A stretch of 57,571 nucleotides of DNA, counting the filler, from Stramenopiles sp. TOSAG23-3 (taxonomy: Eukaryota): NCBI GenBank assembly GCA_900128585.1. It is 6 parts of 6 records of this genome, joined end to end, with 100 filler letters (N's around TTAATTAATTAA, not from the genome) between each part and the next. Parts side by side here need not be neighbours in the genome. Positions count along the whole stretch, not along the records: positions 1 to 17,159 come from LT642458.1; 5 more parts are not named here. One strand, written 5' to 3'. Position numbers and translations under genes: made by a program. Below, in pieces: positions 1 to 11,041 of this stretch; the stretch's first letter is position 1; each line of letters opens with the position of its first letter. Under the pieces are notes generated by a model. The model worked only from the letters and a program-made list of their open reading frames with translations. It ran no database searches and was not told the origin of the DNA.

Positions 1-3000
1 CACCAATTAGTTCTTCGTTGTCGAGGATATTTCCAGTGGAATCAGCAAGCATTTTAAGTAAATTATCTTCTAGCTCAACTATGGTATTGGCCATGGCGCT
101 CATTTCGTCGACTAATTGTTTGAATTGTATTGCTAAATCAGGGCGTTCGTGGCCGACAACTTGGTCTAGCAGTTGCGCGGCTAACCCATTCATAGTCACC
201 CCATAATTAATTATCATCGTCTTACCCATTATTTCAGGACTGTAATGGGGGTTTGCCAATTTCGTAGTAAGATAGAGTCTAAAGTCATCATCCCATTCAA
301 TAGCTTTGTCCCCTAATAAAATCATCTTTTGAGGACCTTGCATGTACGTATTTTTTTCTAGAATCGGATCGATCATGGGATCAATATACTCACCAACATT
401 TTCAAATAAAAATGCAGCTCCAAATTGTACGGCTAATTCTAAGTGTTTCATAAAATCACTCTCGTTAAAGGTTTTCACCTTCAATTGCCTTTTTGATTCG
501 CGATTCTTTATCCAGGTAACTGCCTGTTGTTGTGGATCTATGCAAACGGGAAATCGCGACGAACGCACAGTGACCATACCATTTTGAGTAGAACTTGAGT
601 CAGACGGCAAGCCTTCTGATGCCCACATTTGTTTCTCTGCATCTGAAGTCAGCATATCTTCTAACCGAAATGGCGTTGTAACTGGGATTTTTCGATCGAG
701 TACATCTTTCGCCCACATTTGCGAACTCAGTAATTCACGATACTCAAAAGTGAATGCTCCTAAATAACTTAAAAACGATGCACCGAGTAGGGAATCCCCA
801 ACAATACGGCCTTTTTCTTGCAAAAGCGCCTCCTTATCTTTACCCCATCTTGTTCGTTCGCTGCTCAATCCTTTTATAAGAGAACTTGCTGCCTCAAGAC
901 GCTTCTCCATAATTGCAGCCTCTGAAACTAAACTTTTCAGCTCTCCATCTGCACGTTTAAAAGCAACATCTAATTCATTCAGTTTCGAGGCAAGTTCTTT
1001 TAATAATTTGGTCGTGGCGTCTAACTCCTTCTGCCCTTGAGATACCGCCTTTTCCATAGCCCGTACTTTCGCCCTGAGGGGTTCGACATTCTTAGCTACT
1101 TCATGATATTTGACTATCGCAACAACCCATTGTAACATGCCTGCAGCGGCTTTGGATTTGCTTTTCATGGATTCAACATTAAATTCTGCGTCTTTGAAAT
1201 ATTTTTTTATTGGTTTAACCCAGCTGTCTTTAATTTTATCTTTTTCGTAGTTCATTAAACAATGTAGAAAATTTCCTTGGCCCATCATCACTTTGGCACC
1301 TGCCCAACCAGCTGAAGGATTTTCTTTACCAGTCGGCTTCAAATATTGCACGCACATGGTCACAGCATTTACAGCTTTTGGCGGATTAGCGAACGACTTC
1401 AGCTCATTAATATCATCTTTATTTATGTTCCGTAAGGCTTCCGCTGCAGCTTCTAAGGCAGGTAAGGCTTCCCCAAGCGCTTCTTCTGCTTTTTCTTTTT
1501 CTACGGCAATAACTATCGCCTGTGCTGCTAAGTCTTTACTCTTAGCATCTGCTATAATTTGATTTTCATTTGCCACTTTGGTACTTTCCTCAATATTCAA
1601 AATTAGAGCTTTCACGTCGACCGTTTTTGCGTCCACGATCTTCTTTGCAGCAGCTAATTCTGCGCTCATTTTATCTACTGCTGTTGCGGCATCTTCTAAC
1701 TTGGCAAGCCCTCCTCCGAGTCTCCTGATAGACAGGTCAGACTTCTTGAAATTTGAACGGAGTAATTGTCGATAGTTTGCAATGAAATCGAGGTAATTTT
1801 TTGGGGTTACATAATAATAACGCCGTAATTCTTCTTTGTATTTCTCTGCCTTTTCCATAACACTAGTGTGAGCCAGTACCATGTGCGATGATATTGGATC
1901 ACGAAACTGATTAGGAATTGAGCTTTCATCTTGAAGAAAAAATTCTGACACTTTTTTTAACGCTTCATCGGGCCATTTAAAAAACCAATCGATTGTAGTA
2001 CTGCTAACTAACCCAGGGAAATTCCGACACCGTACACGAAGAGTTTCGCCCGACGGCGACATAGCCAAAATGACATGTAAATTATTTTTCGCTACACCCA
2101 AAAAATATTTCCACAGGTTATCAGGCGTTTCTATTATACCTTTTTTGGATGCTTCTTCTCTAATCAATGAACATAGAGCATCCTTCTCATCGCTGGCAAA
2201 TAGTGCCGGTACCATACCAGTCGATAAAATATTATTCACATTTTCTAAAAAGCTTTCTTCTGCAACATGCGCATCCGTAAAAAGAAACGAGGTTGGCCCA
2301 GTCGCTAACATTTTAAAGAGTTCTTTCAGGTCTTCTCTAAACTCAGTTTCTCCGTAACCGCGAGTCAAAGACACTTCAAAAAAACTATAACCGCAAGAAA
2401 AAGTCGCTAGTTTCGATAGACTTTGCTTTCCACTTCCACCAACACCGACCAACATTGCGTGCCCACCAGGCATACGGATTAGCCTGTGGATTCTGGTCAA
2501 GTGGGTCAGAGCCATTTCGAACAATACTAAAGTCATAGGTTTTTTCTCAGCATTGTACAATTCCAATATTTCATCAAAAATTCCACGTACATTGACAAAA
2601 GTGCCCATGTCTCCGTACAACCTAGGATCTTCTGCATCTTCTACGAGCCTTTGAGCAGCAAGTTCAAAATCACCAAAGAGGCATGGTTGCTGCAACACTG
2701 AGTCTGCAAACTGACCGTAAGCATTTTTGACTAGTTTAGCCACAAGACCATCCAGTAACTTTAGGTCTTCATCCGAGATAAGTCGATCACCAAAGACTCT
2801 ATCAATTTCATGTTTCCATAACCTTACCAATGACTTCCGGTCCACGCATTTGTCTTCTGTTGTTTGACATATACCTTGGTACACCCGCCCAAGATCGCGA
2901 AGATTAAAAATATAGTGAAATTTTGATGGTGTTGCTGGTAATTTCTCCATCAATGTTGTATATAAATCCAGTGTCATTTTTGTCAACTTCTTTGCTTCGT

Positions 3001-6000
3001 CCTTTACACCGCTACCGAAAGGCTCCAAATACGTTTTTAAGATAGCTTCAAATATATTACCCAAGACCATTTCTGTGGGAGGAGTCATATTAAAGACGCT
3101 AAATTTTTGAACTAATCGGGGATCGACAGGATTTCTTCCTCCACCTGGTGGGCCCATTGCTCCTATGTAATTCATGTCACGGTACGTCCTCACGTCTAGA
3201 TCTTTTTTATAATCATACATAAAATTCCTCGATATCAGAAATAGCAACAGGGCGATCGGTTGTTGTGTCCCATATGTGTCTACGAACGGCATATTCAGGT
3301 CATCGATAAAACAATATAATTGTTTCCCCATAGCGGGACCATATATTTTTCCTGACCTTTTGTCAGTTGAATCTTCGATACTTGTTCTAACATCAACCCC
3401 GCTGGTTCTACTAGACATGTTGATAGTTAAACTGACACTTTTATCTTCGTTTAAAGAATTAAAATAATGTTGCACAGTCACGGTTTTTGCAGTTCCAGGT
3501 AGCCCAACCATTAAGACTGGGCGACCGCTAATAACAACTGACTTCAAAAGATATGCGTATAATGTCGAGTCAGAAGTTGGAACAATCACTTTACTGTATT
3601 CAAAAGGGGCAGGTTGGACATATTTTGGCACTATGTCTTGCCACAAGACCCATCTGTGCTCTTGCATGTCATAAAAACTTTGGAAAAACGACGAACTTGG
3701 GGTTGGGCCTCCTGCTATACTTTTTAGAAACTCGTCAAAAGGTCCCCTTGAATTGTCCACGAGCGTCCCCCCAAATGCCCAAGTGCAGCAGAATACATAT
3801 TGTGCTTCGATATCTTCTTTCGTTATGCCGTCGGCAGCAGCAGGTGCTATAGTATTCATTAAATTGCAGAATTGATTTACCATCCCCAAACTAGTAATTG
3901 GGATGACATGACTTGGTCGTTCTTTCATTTTCCCATCAATTATGCCCTCAAGTGTGTACAGGATACATTTTTTGACATAACTATGGAAACTATCCATCAA
4001 AGTTGCTATAATATCATCATCGCCATTCGACCGGTCTCGAGCCCATGCTTCATAATACGGCTGATAGCCTAAATTTTTTGGATCTACCCACACCATGCCG
4101 CATCTACTAATTGTAGCAGGAGACGCGTACTGTAGGTCAAACGTTTCCATGGCTAATTTTGTGAAGGGTTGTAATTGTATTCTTTCGCCATTTGGTAATG
4201 TTAGTAGTTTGTTATCGTCCATGACTGAATTCATATTTTCAATCCATAATGCATCTACATCCCCATCGAAAATTAACCATCTTTTCTCATTTTCTTTACC
4301 CGTAATCAAAGGTCTGTTCATATTTCGAAATACGTTCGATAAAATCCCGTCTGTCCAGTCACGTGTAACAGGGTCCATTTCTCCATACAGATCAACCAAA
4401 CTCTGTGCTTTGGCGTTCATATACCATGTTTTTACTACGTCATTAAAAGCTGGAAGACAAGAACGTTGTAAAGCTTCAATGCACACAGATTTCCCACCAC
4501 CTGTGGGACCAACCACCATTATCGTGTGTCTTGCCTGAAAAGTTTCGTATATTTGAATGGTTTTATCCACTTGCTTATAAAAAACGTCAGCTTCCGATGA
4601 TTTTTTATTAGTCTGTTCAAAATCTAACTCTATCGCAATTTTCAGTTTTTCAAATGATAGCCGAGGACAATGCAAACCAGGAAACAAATCTGCAAGTAGT
4701 CCCGCAAACAATGGTGCATCTTCAAAGATGAATTTTGGCGCGTTCATGTCTCGAAGTGCACGGAAGAGAACAAGCTCTTCGGTCATGTCTGAAAATTCAC
4801 GTTTTAGACTACCTGCTAACACGAGCACAGACTTCAATGCCCTCAAACCCCAGTCGTAGTGATATTGCTTGGAAAGTTGCTCTTTCGCAAGCTTGTATAA
4901 TGTTGTCATCTTTTTCCCTAATATAAATGCATCTTCAAAACCTTCAGAAAACAACATTATCATACAAATTTGTAGTAAATCTGGTACAACCATTGTTACT
5001 GGACGAAATAACGCTTTTAAATTGTCAGGCAGTTCAGTGCGACCAGCATAGCCTGGGTTCATCGTAACGAAAATGCCCACAGTTTTTTTTACATAAATTT
5101 CACGACCTATACCAATATCGCATGTATTTCTCCCAAAATTTAAGGCCGTTTGTATTTGATATATTTGGGCAGCAACAACAGACAATACTTCTACATTTAT
5201 ACGATTAAACTCATCGAAACAACCCCATGCTCCAATCATAGCCAAACCGGCATATATATTTCCCATGGCCCTGTAATCCAATCCTTCTCCACAATTTACA
5301 ACGAAGCAAGCGATTGCCAAGCCCTTCGCAAGATCTTTAACAGTTTCAGTTTTGCCGGTCCCCGCGGGGCCGGCGGGAGATCCTCCTAGATTGAAAGTTA
5401 GTGCTTGCGTGAGGGTCATGATACACCGATCAGTCAGTGGAGTGATAACAAGACGCCCAGCTAAACCATAAAATTCATAGCCGTAATCGAAGCGGCCTGT
5501 ACACTGCCTAATTTCTGCATCATCACAATCCCGGTCCCAATAAAACCGCAATTGACTCTCCCATGCAAACTCCCGCGCATCCAAAATACTGTCGCGAACA
5601 AACTTATCTATTATGTCTCTCGCGTGTACATCTACAATGAGAAGAGTGTTCGCTTTTTTCCGCATATGCCTAGACAATTTTTCTCTCACTTTTGCAACCA
5701 ATTGAATTAATTGTATATTTTGAGCAGTAAGAAAATTTTTCATTGCATACTTGTCCCCCTCTTTTACTTTTCTAAACGTATCCTCTGTCTCCCAAGTCCA
5801 CCATATCTGGCTGCCACACAATCCTACCATGCCTAAACACTTTTCAACCCATTCTTCACGCACTTCCTTCGCGTAGGAAAAGACCCCTTCTTTTGTTATT
5901 TGGCGGAGACTGTTTTGCATTTCATTTTCCACAGTTGTCATCCAGTTCTCCACAGGACCGTCTACTGCAGGAGGCATCCGATATTCAAAAAACTCTCCCT

Positions 6001-9000
6001 CGGAGCTTCCCATACTTGACACAATTTTATTTGCCCGTGCAAATCTTAAATATTTTACATTAGTAAAGAGCTTCATTAGATGTTCTTGGATGGCAGTTGG
6101 ATCTGAAGTCCCTAGTACACTCAGCAGTTCATCATCAGAAATATAATAGAAACGAGGAAAAGAGGCCCGCTTCGTATTTAAATAATCGCTGAGGCTTTTT
6201 TGACAGGAATCTAAATTTGATGCCAATTTTTCTAATGTTTCATAACGTTTGTCCTCGTGACAAGCCCTAACAACATTTCTGTCTTTTTGAGTCTTTGCCA
6301 TTATTCCCTTGAATGTTTTGTCTATATTGTCAAATTTTTTTGCTTCTTCTGGCAACTGCTGCCTAATATCTTCTGCCCCGATAAAAATGCTTTCTAAGTA
6401 CATCCATTTACTTTGTACTCTGAACCATATTTCGATTGTGTCCCCGATAACTTCAAATTTTTTCTCCCAGTTTCGAATTACAGATATGTATGCTGCAGCA
6501 TAGCGCGAACCCGACATTGTTTGAAGGTTGAGCATACCATCTTCTAGATCAAGCTTTATGTCATCGGCAGTAAGAAGTACGTAACTCTTTCCATATTTTT
6601 TCGTACTAAAGCATGTGTCTCGCCAACCTTCTTCGATTTTTTTTAATTCATTTTGTATCTTCATTTCTTGCATTGCTTCCACAACGATTTCTCCGATTTC
6701 ATCAACATATGAACTCAGCCCAGCTTCAAACAAATTTCCTAACGTGAATTTTTTCGGATTCAAATCAAACTTGCACCCGGTTATATCCATTAATTTTACC
6801 CAGTGCCTTTCCTCTAAGGCGTCATTTTTTAGCTGTTCTATTACTGGAACGCCGTCACGAAAACTCAATACTTTTTCTTCCAAAGACCGGTACGTAGACA
6901 GCGTTTTTAATTCCGAGGGTGTCCGTTTTAATTTTATCAGAAAATTTTCTGTTCCGCCATTTATCACAGAAATGTCAAGGTTGCTCCACAGCGTGTCCGA
7001 GAGTGCGTCAACAAAATTCTTAAAGTCCGCATACAGATTATATATCTGCGACAATCGCTTCATCTCAGCGTCAATTCGGCCGATTTCAGGGTACCCAGTT
7101 TTGAAATAATACTCCAGACCAAATAGTACTTCGGCATTGACCAGTTCATCGCGTTCCAATTTCATATCATTTAGTTCACGAGAAAAGTCAGACATCAAAA
7201 CCAACCCGTCTTCTAGTTCAGTTCCAGGAACCCCGGGACCACTTCTATCAAATTTGGAGAACGTTTCCTTTATTTTATCAGCAAATTGTTTCACTTGCAC
7301 TTTTGTTACTTCAGTAAACTCAATTTTGACTTTTTCAAGCCTCATTTCACGAGTTTTGCTCCAGCGACGAAGATCATCCCATTTTTTTGATATACTAAAA
7401 TCTATTTCAACTTGCCACTTTGTTAGTTCCGGGTTTAGAAACACTTTAATAGATTCTGAAAGTACATAGGGGCAGATATTTTCCGTATAGAAACGGTTTG
7501 CTAGCATTTCACCGCATTTCTGAGCTTCATCTTTGGCGGGATAATAACCAATTATCCCATCTGCTAGCGCACCTGTGCCTGTCGGTATATGTACCCCATT
7601 TTGCCGCAGTAGTCGAAACTGCTCTACGACTACAGCAAGTCTAGACCCCATCTCCATTTCGATTTCTGTTATACTTTTCACTTGATTTAGAATACGTTTT
7701 AAAGATAACAAATCTGTCGGTAAGACATCAAGTTCTTTCCGATATTCATCATATAGTTCGCTCAGCCCATTAAGCTCTTCAGTAGCTAGCCCAAGTAATA
7801 AAGAACCGTACTGATCACGCCAATAGAGGGCTTGCCCAGAAATAGAAGAAATTAACGGAGAAGTATCGAGTTGAAGAAAGGAGAACTGTTTCGTGCATGC
7901 CTTGGCATTTACAGATTTGGACAAACTATTGAAAACGCTAAGGCGGGAGTCGAAATAATTTAAACTTGGCATTGAGTCTTTCAATTTTAACAAACGACCT
8001 TTACGTTTCGAATCCCATAGCCCATACTGTTCATCATACGCAGTCCACCCCAGAAGGTATTTATTGACGTTCTCAAAAGCCTGCTGGATAAAAGTATTGA
8101 GTTTTAATTGCATTTGTGCCACCAGAGGATTTATGCAAATATCTTCGTGAAACGAATGCACGTAAACAGGTTCAAAATCACCCATATGTATTGGTTCAGA
8201 AATAATACAACTGCCATCATTCCATCGGGTAAAATTTTTTGAACTCTCAACAACATTTTTTACGATACGTCGAAAATACTTTGATAAATCTGAAAGATTT
8301 GGACTGAGGCCAACATCTCTACCGTTCATAGTAGCTTTCACTTCGCAAATTGGACCAGCATTTTTGTTGCTGAACGCCCCAGGCAACAAAAACAGCTGTT
8401 GCAGAGTCGCCAATGCTTTCAAAATCGTTTGGGTAATAGCGTTGTAAACGCGACGTTCCCAGTACTTATAATATTCTCTCAGCGAAGGGCTGGAGCATGT
8501 ACCTGTGCCAACAACTAGGCTTTCCACTTTCAACAAAATAGAGCCAATACATTTGTACTTCTCTACAAGCACATTCAGCTGTGATGTTCGTATTGTTTCC
8601 ATTTTGTCATAAAATGTGGCCACGTGAGATACATTCCCTCTGATTTCATCCAGTAATACCAAATCTTTCTTCGTAATGGTGTCCAATATTGTTTCAATGC
8701 TAGCGGACTGTTTCCGCACTTGGGTGAGTCGACTAGAAAAAGTTTGTATTGCAGCGTTGCAAGAAACGAGGAAAGTTGGGACATGCAATGAGTTCCAGTT
8801 CAGTCGATCAAACCCAGGCCTAATTGATTCTTGAAGTTCCGCTAATTGTTGACCCAAGACTATTCTTTCGACAGGTATCAAGGAATCAAAAACCCGATGA
8901 TAACGCGCAAGCATTGATTCTAGTTGTTGAACATACGATGCGAATTTTTCTTCCTGAAGAGATACGTTAGCTGCAGCCTCAGGGACAAAAAAACCCATTT

Positions 9001-11041
9001 TATCTAAAGATTTACTTTCACGTATCAACATGACCAATTCTCGTGAAAAGTTTACTTTGTACGGTGGTGCGGGCAGTTGAAAATGCCCAGCAGAGTCTAC
9101 TTTTCCTGGAGGCCCAAGCACGGGTACACGCAAATTTACTGCTGCTATCTCTGCTACATGAGCAGACCACGTTTTATAATGAAAGTGCACATACTCATCA
9201 ATTGTTTTAGCCAATTCAATGTATTTGCCTTTAACGAGTTCACCACGATCTGATTTGAGTAGACTCTCCATCGAACGGAATCGCATTATAGGTTTCTTTA
9301 CCTGGAGAAACAAGGAGTGGGCCCATGCAATTGCCCCGGCAACTTTAGGGTAATTCTTATAAGCAGGTGGGCAAACCTTATGTTCTCGAAAGAGTTTTGT
9401 TGCTATATCTAATTCTATATTATATCGCCCTAATATGTCATCAAATTTTTCCATCATCTGTCGGTTTATAGTTTCTCGGCTCTCAATATTTTGAAACTTT
9501 TGAAGGAGATCAAATGCAGCTTCCGAAGACTTTAAATTTTCAAATGCTGAGTTAATAAAGATTTTTGTCATAGCTTCAATCGCTACTACACGTTCCCGGA
9601 AGTCTTTCATCACTGCATCCCAGCTACTTTTATACGATTCATCAAAGGCATCTTTCACGGCTAAAAATGGTTCGACAATCTTTTGAACTTCACGCATCAT
9701 GGTGTCAATTCCCTCGCTGTCCCCTGTGACAGCTTTTAATTCTGGGCCCAGAAACTTTTGAAACTGGTCTAGTGCTTGTGTAATCTCTAGCAAATCACCA
9801 CATATACGTGCCATATGAGTTGTTTTTTCAAACAGCCGCTTTTTTGCACCACTTTTTTCTATCCTTTCACGAACATTGCGATATGTGGTCTCCCACGCAG
9901 TTAAAATATCTCTGACTTCGACAATAGTTGAAGTAGACAGTTTTGGATTTTCCAGTAAAATTCCAGGCACACGGACTCTCTCTCCGCACCGTCGTGCAAT
10001 CTCTTTTGCTACTAATTCCATCAAAAATACCATTCTTTCATCGGTGTTATAATGCCTAGATATAATCCACACCATGCGAATACCATTCATCATGGATGGC
10101 AGTGTATCTTTAATATTGCAAATATTGCCTTCGTGGATATTCTTAAAATGCCTTTCCAAAGTCGACAGAAACTTTACGTTGTCTTTCGCCTCTACAAACA
10201 TGTTATTAAGTTCCTGAAAGTGGAAGTTAAAACTGTTTAAACCTGGCGCATCGATTAATCGTAAAACCTCCAACATGTTTTGTACCCTTTCCGAATGAAG
10301 TTTTTCAAACAGGGCACTAAGGGCCGCATTTCGATTTTTCCAAAATTCAATCTCAGACAGAGGACCTTGCCCAAAATTGGATGCATGTTTCCCAGTTTCC
10401 TCAGAAATGACCTCTTGGATAACATGCCCCCATACTTCCAATGCAGACTCAAGTTTGCTGCAAGTCGTCCAATCATCCGTAATTTTGCTTGGATCAGTGA
10501 TTTCAACATCTGGAACGTCAAGTTTTGCATCTCCGTTCGTCTGCTGAAGTGCATGCTGCATTTGTGAGACAAACTTTTGAAAAGTCAGGCGAAACTCAGA
10601 AAAGTTATTTTTTGTGTCAATTCCCTCGCCGGTTGTCTCCTTACCACTAAAAATACTCGGGGCATATATTTGTTTTGTCACGTTATTGAGCGCTTCTAAA
10701 GAGGAAGCGCGGATTGTACCAAAGTCAACCAGGCGTGTAGCTACTGAGCCACTGGAAACAAGGCCGTCGGTATTTCTAAGAAAATACACTGCGTCTTTTT
10801 CTATAGTATTTGTAGGCAAACCGTTAAGGGAAGATTTAACTATATGGGCGACACCTAGCTCTTTAACGAGCGTGTCATCTTCGTCAGGAACCTCGGTCCC
10901 GGAAAGGTATAGTAAAAGTATAGAGCCGGCTGACTTGCTACCGAGAAAGGTTTTTAAATGTTGGGGTTCCCAAGCGAACTTGAGGCGACGAACATCACCT
11001 ATTTGCAAAGCTTTTGTAACCTGTTCCCTTATCCATTCCAT
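1..11041 (-). CDS. DNAH10: Axonemal inner-arm dynein heavy chain, I1/f alpha type (DNAH10-like); 3'-truncated at the window/contig edge (~3680 codons seen)
   Basis: ATG at 11041 (MEWIREQVTKAL...) and the codons at the window start (...STGNILDNEELIG) are in the same frame. The ORF track omits it, as expected for a frame with no stop in the window. P-loops: AAA1 GPAGTGKTET (~5345-5375) followed by NCGEGLDY and WGCFDEFNR, AAA2 GPTGGGKS (~4490-4510), AAA3 GLPGTAKT (~3480-3505), AAA4 GVGGSGKQSL (~2420-2450). AAA5 region KLANPHYSPEIMGKTMIINY lies near 210-265. NCGEG is typical of the DNAH10 class. Confidence 0.93.
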   Translation of the reverse strand, partial: MEWIREQVTKALQIGDVRRLKFAWEPQHLKTFLGSKSAGSILLLYLSGTEVPDEDDTLVKELGVAHIVKSSLNGLPTNTIEKDAVYFLRNTDGLVSSGSVATRLVDFGTIRASSLEALNNVTKQIYAPSIFSGKETTGEGIDTKNNFSEFRLTFQKFVSQMQHALQQTNGDAKLDVPDVEITDPSKITDDWTTCSKLESALEVWGHVIQEVISEETGKHASNFGQGPLSEIEFWKNRNAALSALFEKLHSERVQNMLEVLRLIDAPGLNSFNFHFQELNNMFVEAKDNVKFLSTLERHFKNIHEGNICNIKDTLPSMMNGIRMVWIISRHYNTDERMVFLMELVAKEIARRCGERVRVPGILLENPKLSTSTIVEVRDILTAWETTYRNVRERIEKSGAKKRLFEKTTHMARICGDLLEITQALDQFQKFLGPELKAVTGDSEGIDTMMREVQKIVEPFLAVKDAFDESYKSSWDAVMKDFRERVVAIEAMTKIFINSAFENLKSSEAAFDLLQKFQNIESRETINRQMMEKFDDILGRYNIELDIATKLFREHKVCPPAYKNYPKVAGAIAWAHSLFLQVKKPIMRFRSMESLLKSDRGELVKGKYIELAKTIDEYVHFHYKTWSAHVAEIAAVNLRVPVLGPPGKVDSAGHFQLPAPPYKVNFSRELVMLIRESKSLDKMGFFVPEAAANVSLQEEKFASYVQQLESMLARYHRVFDSLIPVERIVLGQQLAELQESIRPGFDRLNWNSLHVPTFLVSCNAAIQTFSSRLTQVRKQSASIETILDTITKKDLVLLDEIRGNVSHVATFYDKMETIRTSQLNVLVEKYKCIGSILLKVESLVVGTGTCSSPSLREYYKYWERRVYNAITQTILKALATLQQLFLLPGAFSNKNAGPICEVKATMNGRDVGLSPNLSDLSKYFRRIVKNVVESSKNFTRWNDGSCIISEPIHMGDFEPVYVHSFHEDICINPLVAQMQLKLNTFIQQAFENVNKYLLGWTAYDEQYGLWDSKRKGRLLKLKDSMPSLNYFDSRLSVFNSLSKSVNAKACTKQFSFLQLDTSPLISSISGQALYWRDQYGSLLLGLATEELNGLSELYDEYRKELDVLPTDLLSLKRILNQVKSITEIEMEMGSRLAVVVEQFRLLRQNGVHIPTGTGALADGIIGYYPAKDEAQKCGEMLANRFYTENICPYVLSESIKVFLNPELTKWQVEIDFSISKKWDDLRRWSKTREMRLEKVKIEFTEVTKVQVKQFADKIKETFSKFDRSGPGVPGTELEDGLVLMSDFSRELNDMKLERDELVNAEVLFGLEYYFKTGYPEIGRIDAEMKRLSQIYNLYADFKNFVDALSDTLWSNLDISVINGGTENFLIKLKRTPSELKTLSTYRSLEEKVLSFRDGVPVIEQLKNDALEERHWVKLMDITGCKFDLNPKKFTLGNLFEAGLSSYVDEIGEIVVEAMQEMKIQNELKKIEEGWRDTCFSTKKYGKSYVLLTADDIKLDLEDGMLNLQTMSGSRYAAAYISVIRNWEKKFEVIGDTIEIWFRVQSKWMYLESIFIGAEDIRQQLPEEAKKFDNIDKTFKGIMAKTQKDRNVVRACHEDKRYETLEKLASNLDSCQKSLSDYLNTKRASFPRFYYISDDELLSVLGTSDPTAIQEHLMKLFTNVKYLRFARANKIVSSMGSSEGEFFEYRMPPAVDGPVENWMTTVENEMQNSLRQITKEGVFSYAKEVREEWVEKCLGMVGLCGSQIWWTWETEDTFRKVKEGDKYAMKNFLTAQNIQLIQLVAKVREKLSRHMRKKANTLLIVDVHARDIIDKFVRDSILDAREFAWESQLRFYWDRDCDDAEIRQCTGRFDYGYEFYGLAGRLVITPLTDRCIMTLTQALTFNLGGSPAGPAGTGKTETVKDLAKGLAIACFVVNCGEGLDYRAMGNIYAGLAMIGAWGCFDEFNRINVEVLSVVAAQIYQIQTALNFGRNTCDIGIGREIYVKKTVGIFVTMNPGYAGRTELPDNLKALFRPVTMVVPDLLQICMIMLFSEGFEDAFILGKKMTTLYKLAKEQLSKQYHYDWGLRALKSVLVLAGSLKREFSDMTEELVLFRALRDMNAPKFIFEDAPLFAGLLADLFPGLHCPRLSFEKLKIAIELDFEQTNKKSSEADVFYKQVDKTIQIYETFQARHTIMVVGPTGGGKSVCIEALQRSCLPAFNDVVKTWYMNAKAQSLVDLYGEMDPVTRDWTDGILSNVFRNMNRPLITGKENEKRWLIFDGDVDALWIENMNSVMDDNKLLTLPNGERIQLQPFTKLAMETFDLQYASPATISRCGMVWVDPKNLGYQPYYEAWARDRSNGDDDIIATLMDSFHSYVKKCILYTLEGIIDGKMKERPSHVIPITSLGMVNQFCNLMNTIAPAAADGITKEDIEAQYVFCCTWAFGGTLVDNSRGPFDEFLKSIAGGPTPSSSFFQSFYDMQEHRWVLWQDIVPKYVQPAPFEYSKVIVPTSDSTLYAYLLKSVVISGRPVLMVGLPGTAKTVTVQHYFNSLNEDKSVSLTINMSSRTSGVDVRTSIEDSTDKRSGKIYGPAMGKQLYCFIDDLNMPFVDTYGTQQPIALLLFLISRNFMYDYKKDLDVRTYRDMNYIGAMGPPGGGRNPVDPRLVQKFSVFNMTPPTEMVLGNIFEAILKTYLEPFGSGVKDEAKKLTKMTLDLYTTLMEKLPATPSKFHYIFNLRDLGRVYQGICQTTEDKCVDRKSLVRLWKHEIDRVFGDRLISDEDLKLLDGLVAKLVKNAYGQFADSVLQQPCLFGDFELAAQRLVEDAEDPRLYGDMGTFVNVRGIFDEILELYNAEKKPMTLVLFEMALTHLTRIHRLIRMPGGHAMLVGVGGSGKQSLSKLATFSCGYSFFEVSLTRGYGETEFREDLKELFKMLATGPTSFLFTDAHVAEESFLENVNNILSTGMVPALFASDEKDALCSLIREEASKKGIIETPDNLWKYFLGVAKNNLHVILAMSPSGETLRVRCRNFPGLVSSTTIDWFFKWPDEALKKVSEFFLQDESSIPNQFRDPISSHMVLAHTSVMEKAEKYKEELRRYYYVTPKNYLDFIANYRQLLRSNFKKSDLSIRRLGGGLAKLEDAATAVDKMSAELAAAKKIVDAKTVDVKALILNIEESTKVANENQIIADAKSKDLAAQAIVIAVEKEKAEEALGEALPALEAAAEALRNINKDDINELKSFANPPKAVNAVTMCVQYLKPTGKENPSAGWAGAKVMMGQGNFLHCLMNYEKDKIKDSWVKPIKKYFKDAEFNVESMKSKSKAAAGMLQWVVAIVKYHEVAKNVEPLRAKVRAMEKAVSQGQKELDATTKLLKELASKLNELDVAFKRADGELKSLVSEAAIMEKRLEAASSLIKGLSSERTRWGKDKEALLQEKGRIVGDSLLGASFLSYLGAFTFEYRELLSSQMWAKDVLDRKIPVTTPFRLEDMLTSDAEKQMWASEGLPSDSSSTQNGMVTVRSSRFPVCIDPQQQAVTWIKNRESKRQLKVKTFNESDFMKHLELAVQFGAAFLFENVGEYIDPMIDPILEKNTYMQGPQKMILLGDKAIEWDDDFRLYLTTKLANPHYSPEIMGKTMIINYGVTMNGLAAQLLDQVVGHERPDLAIQFKQLVDEMSAMANTIVELEDNLLKMLADSTGNILDNEELIG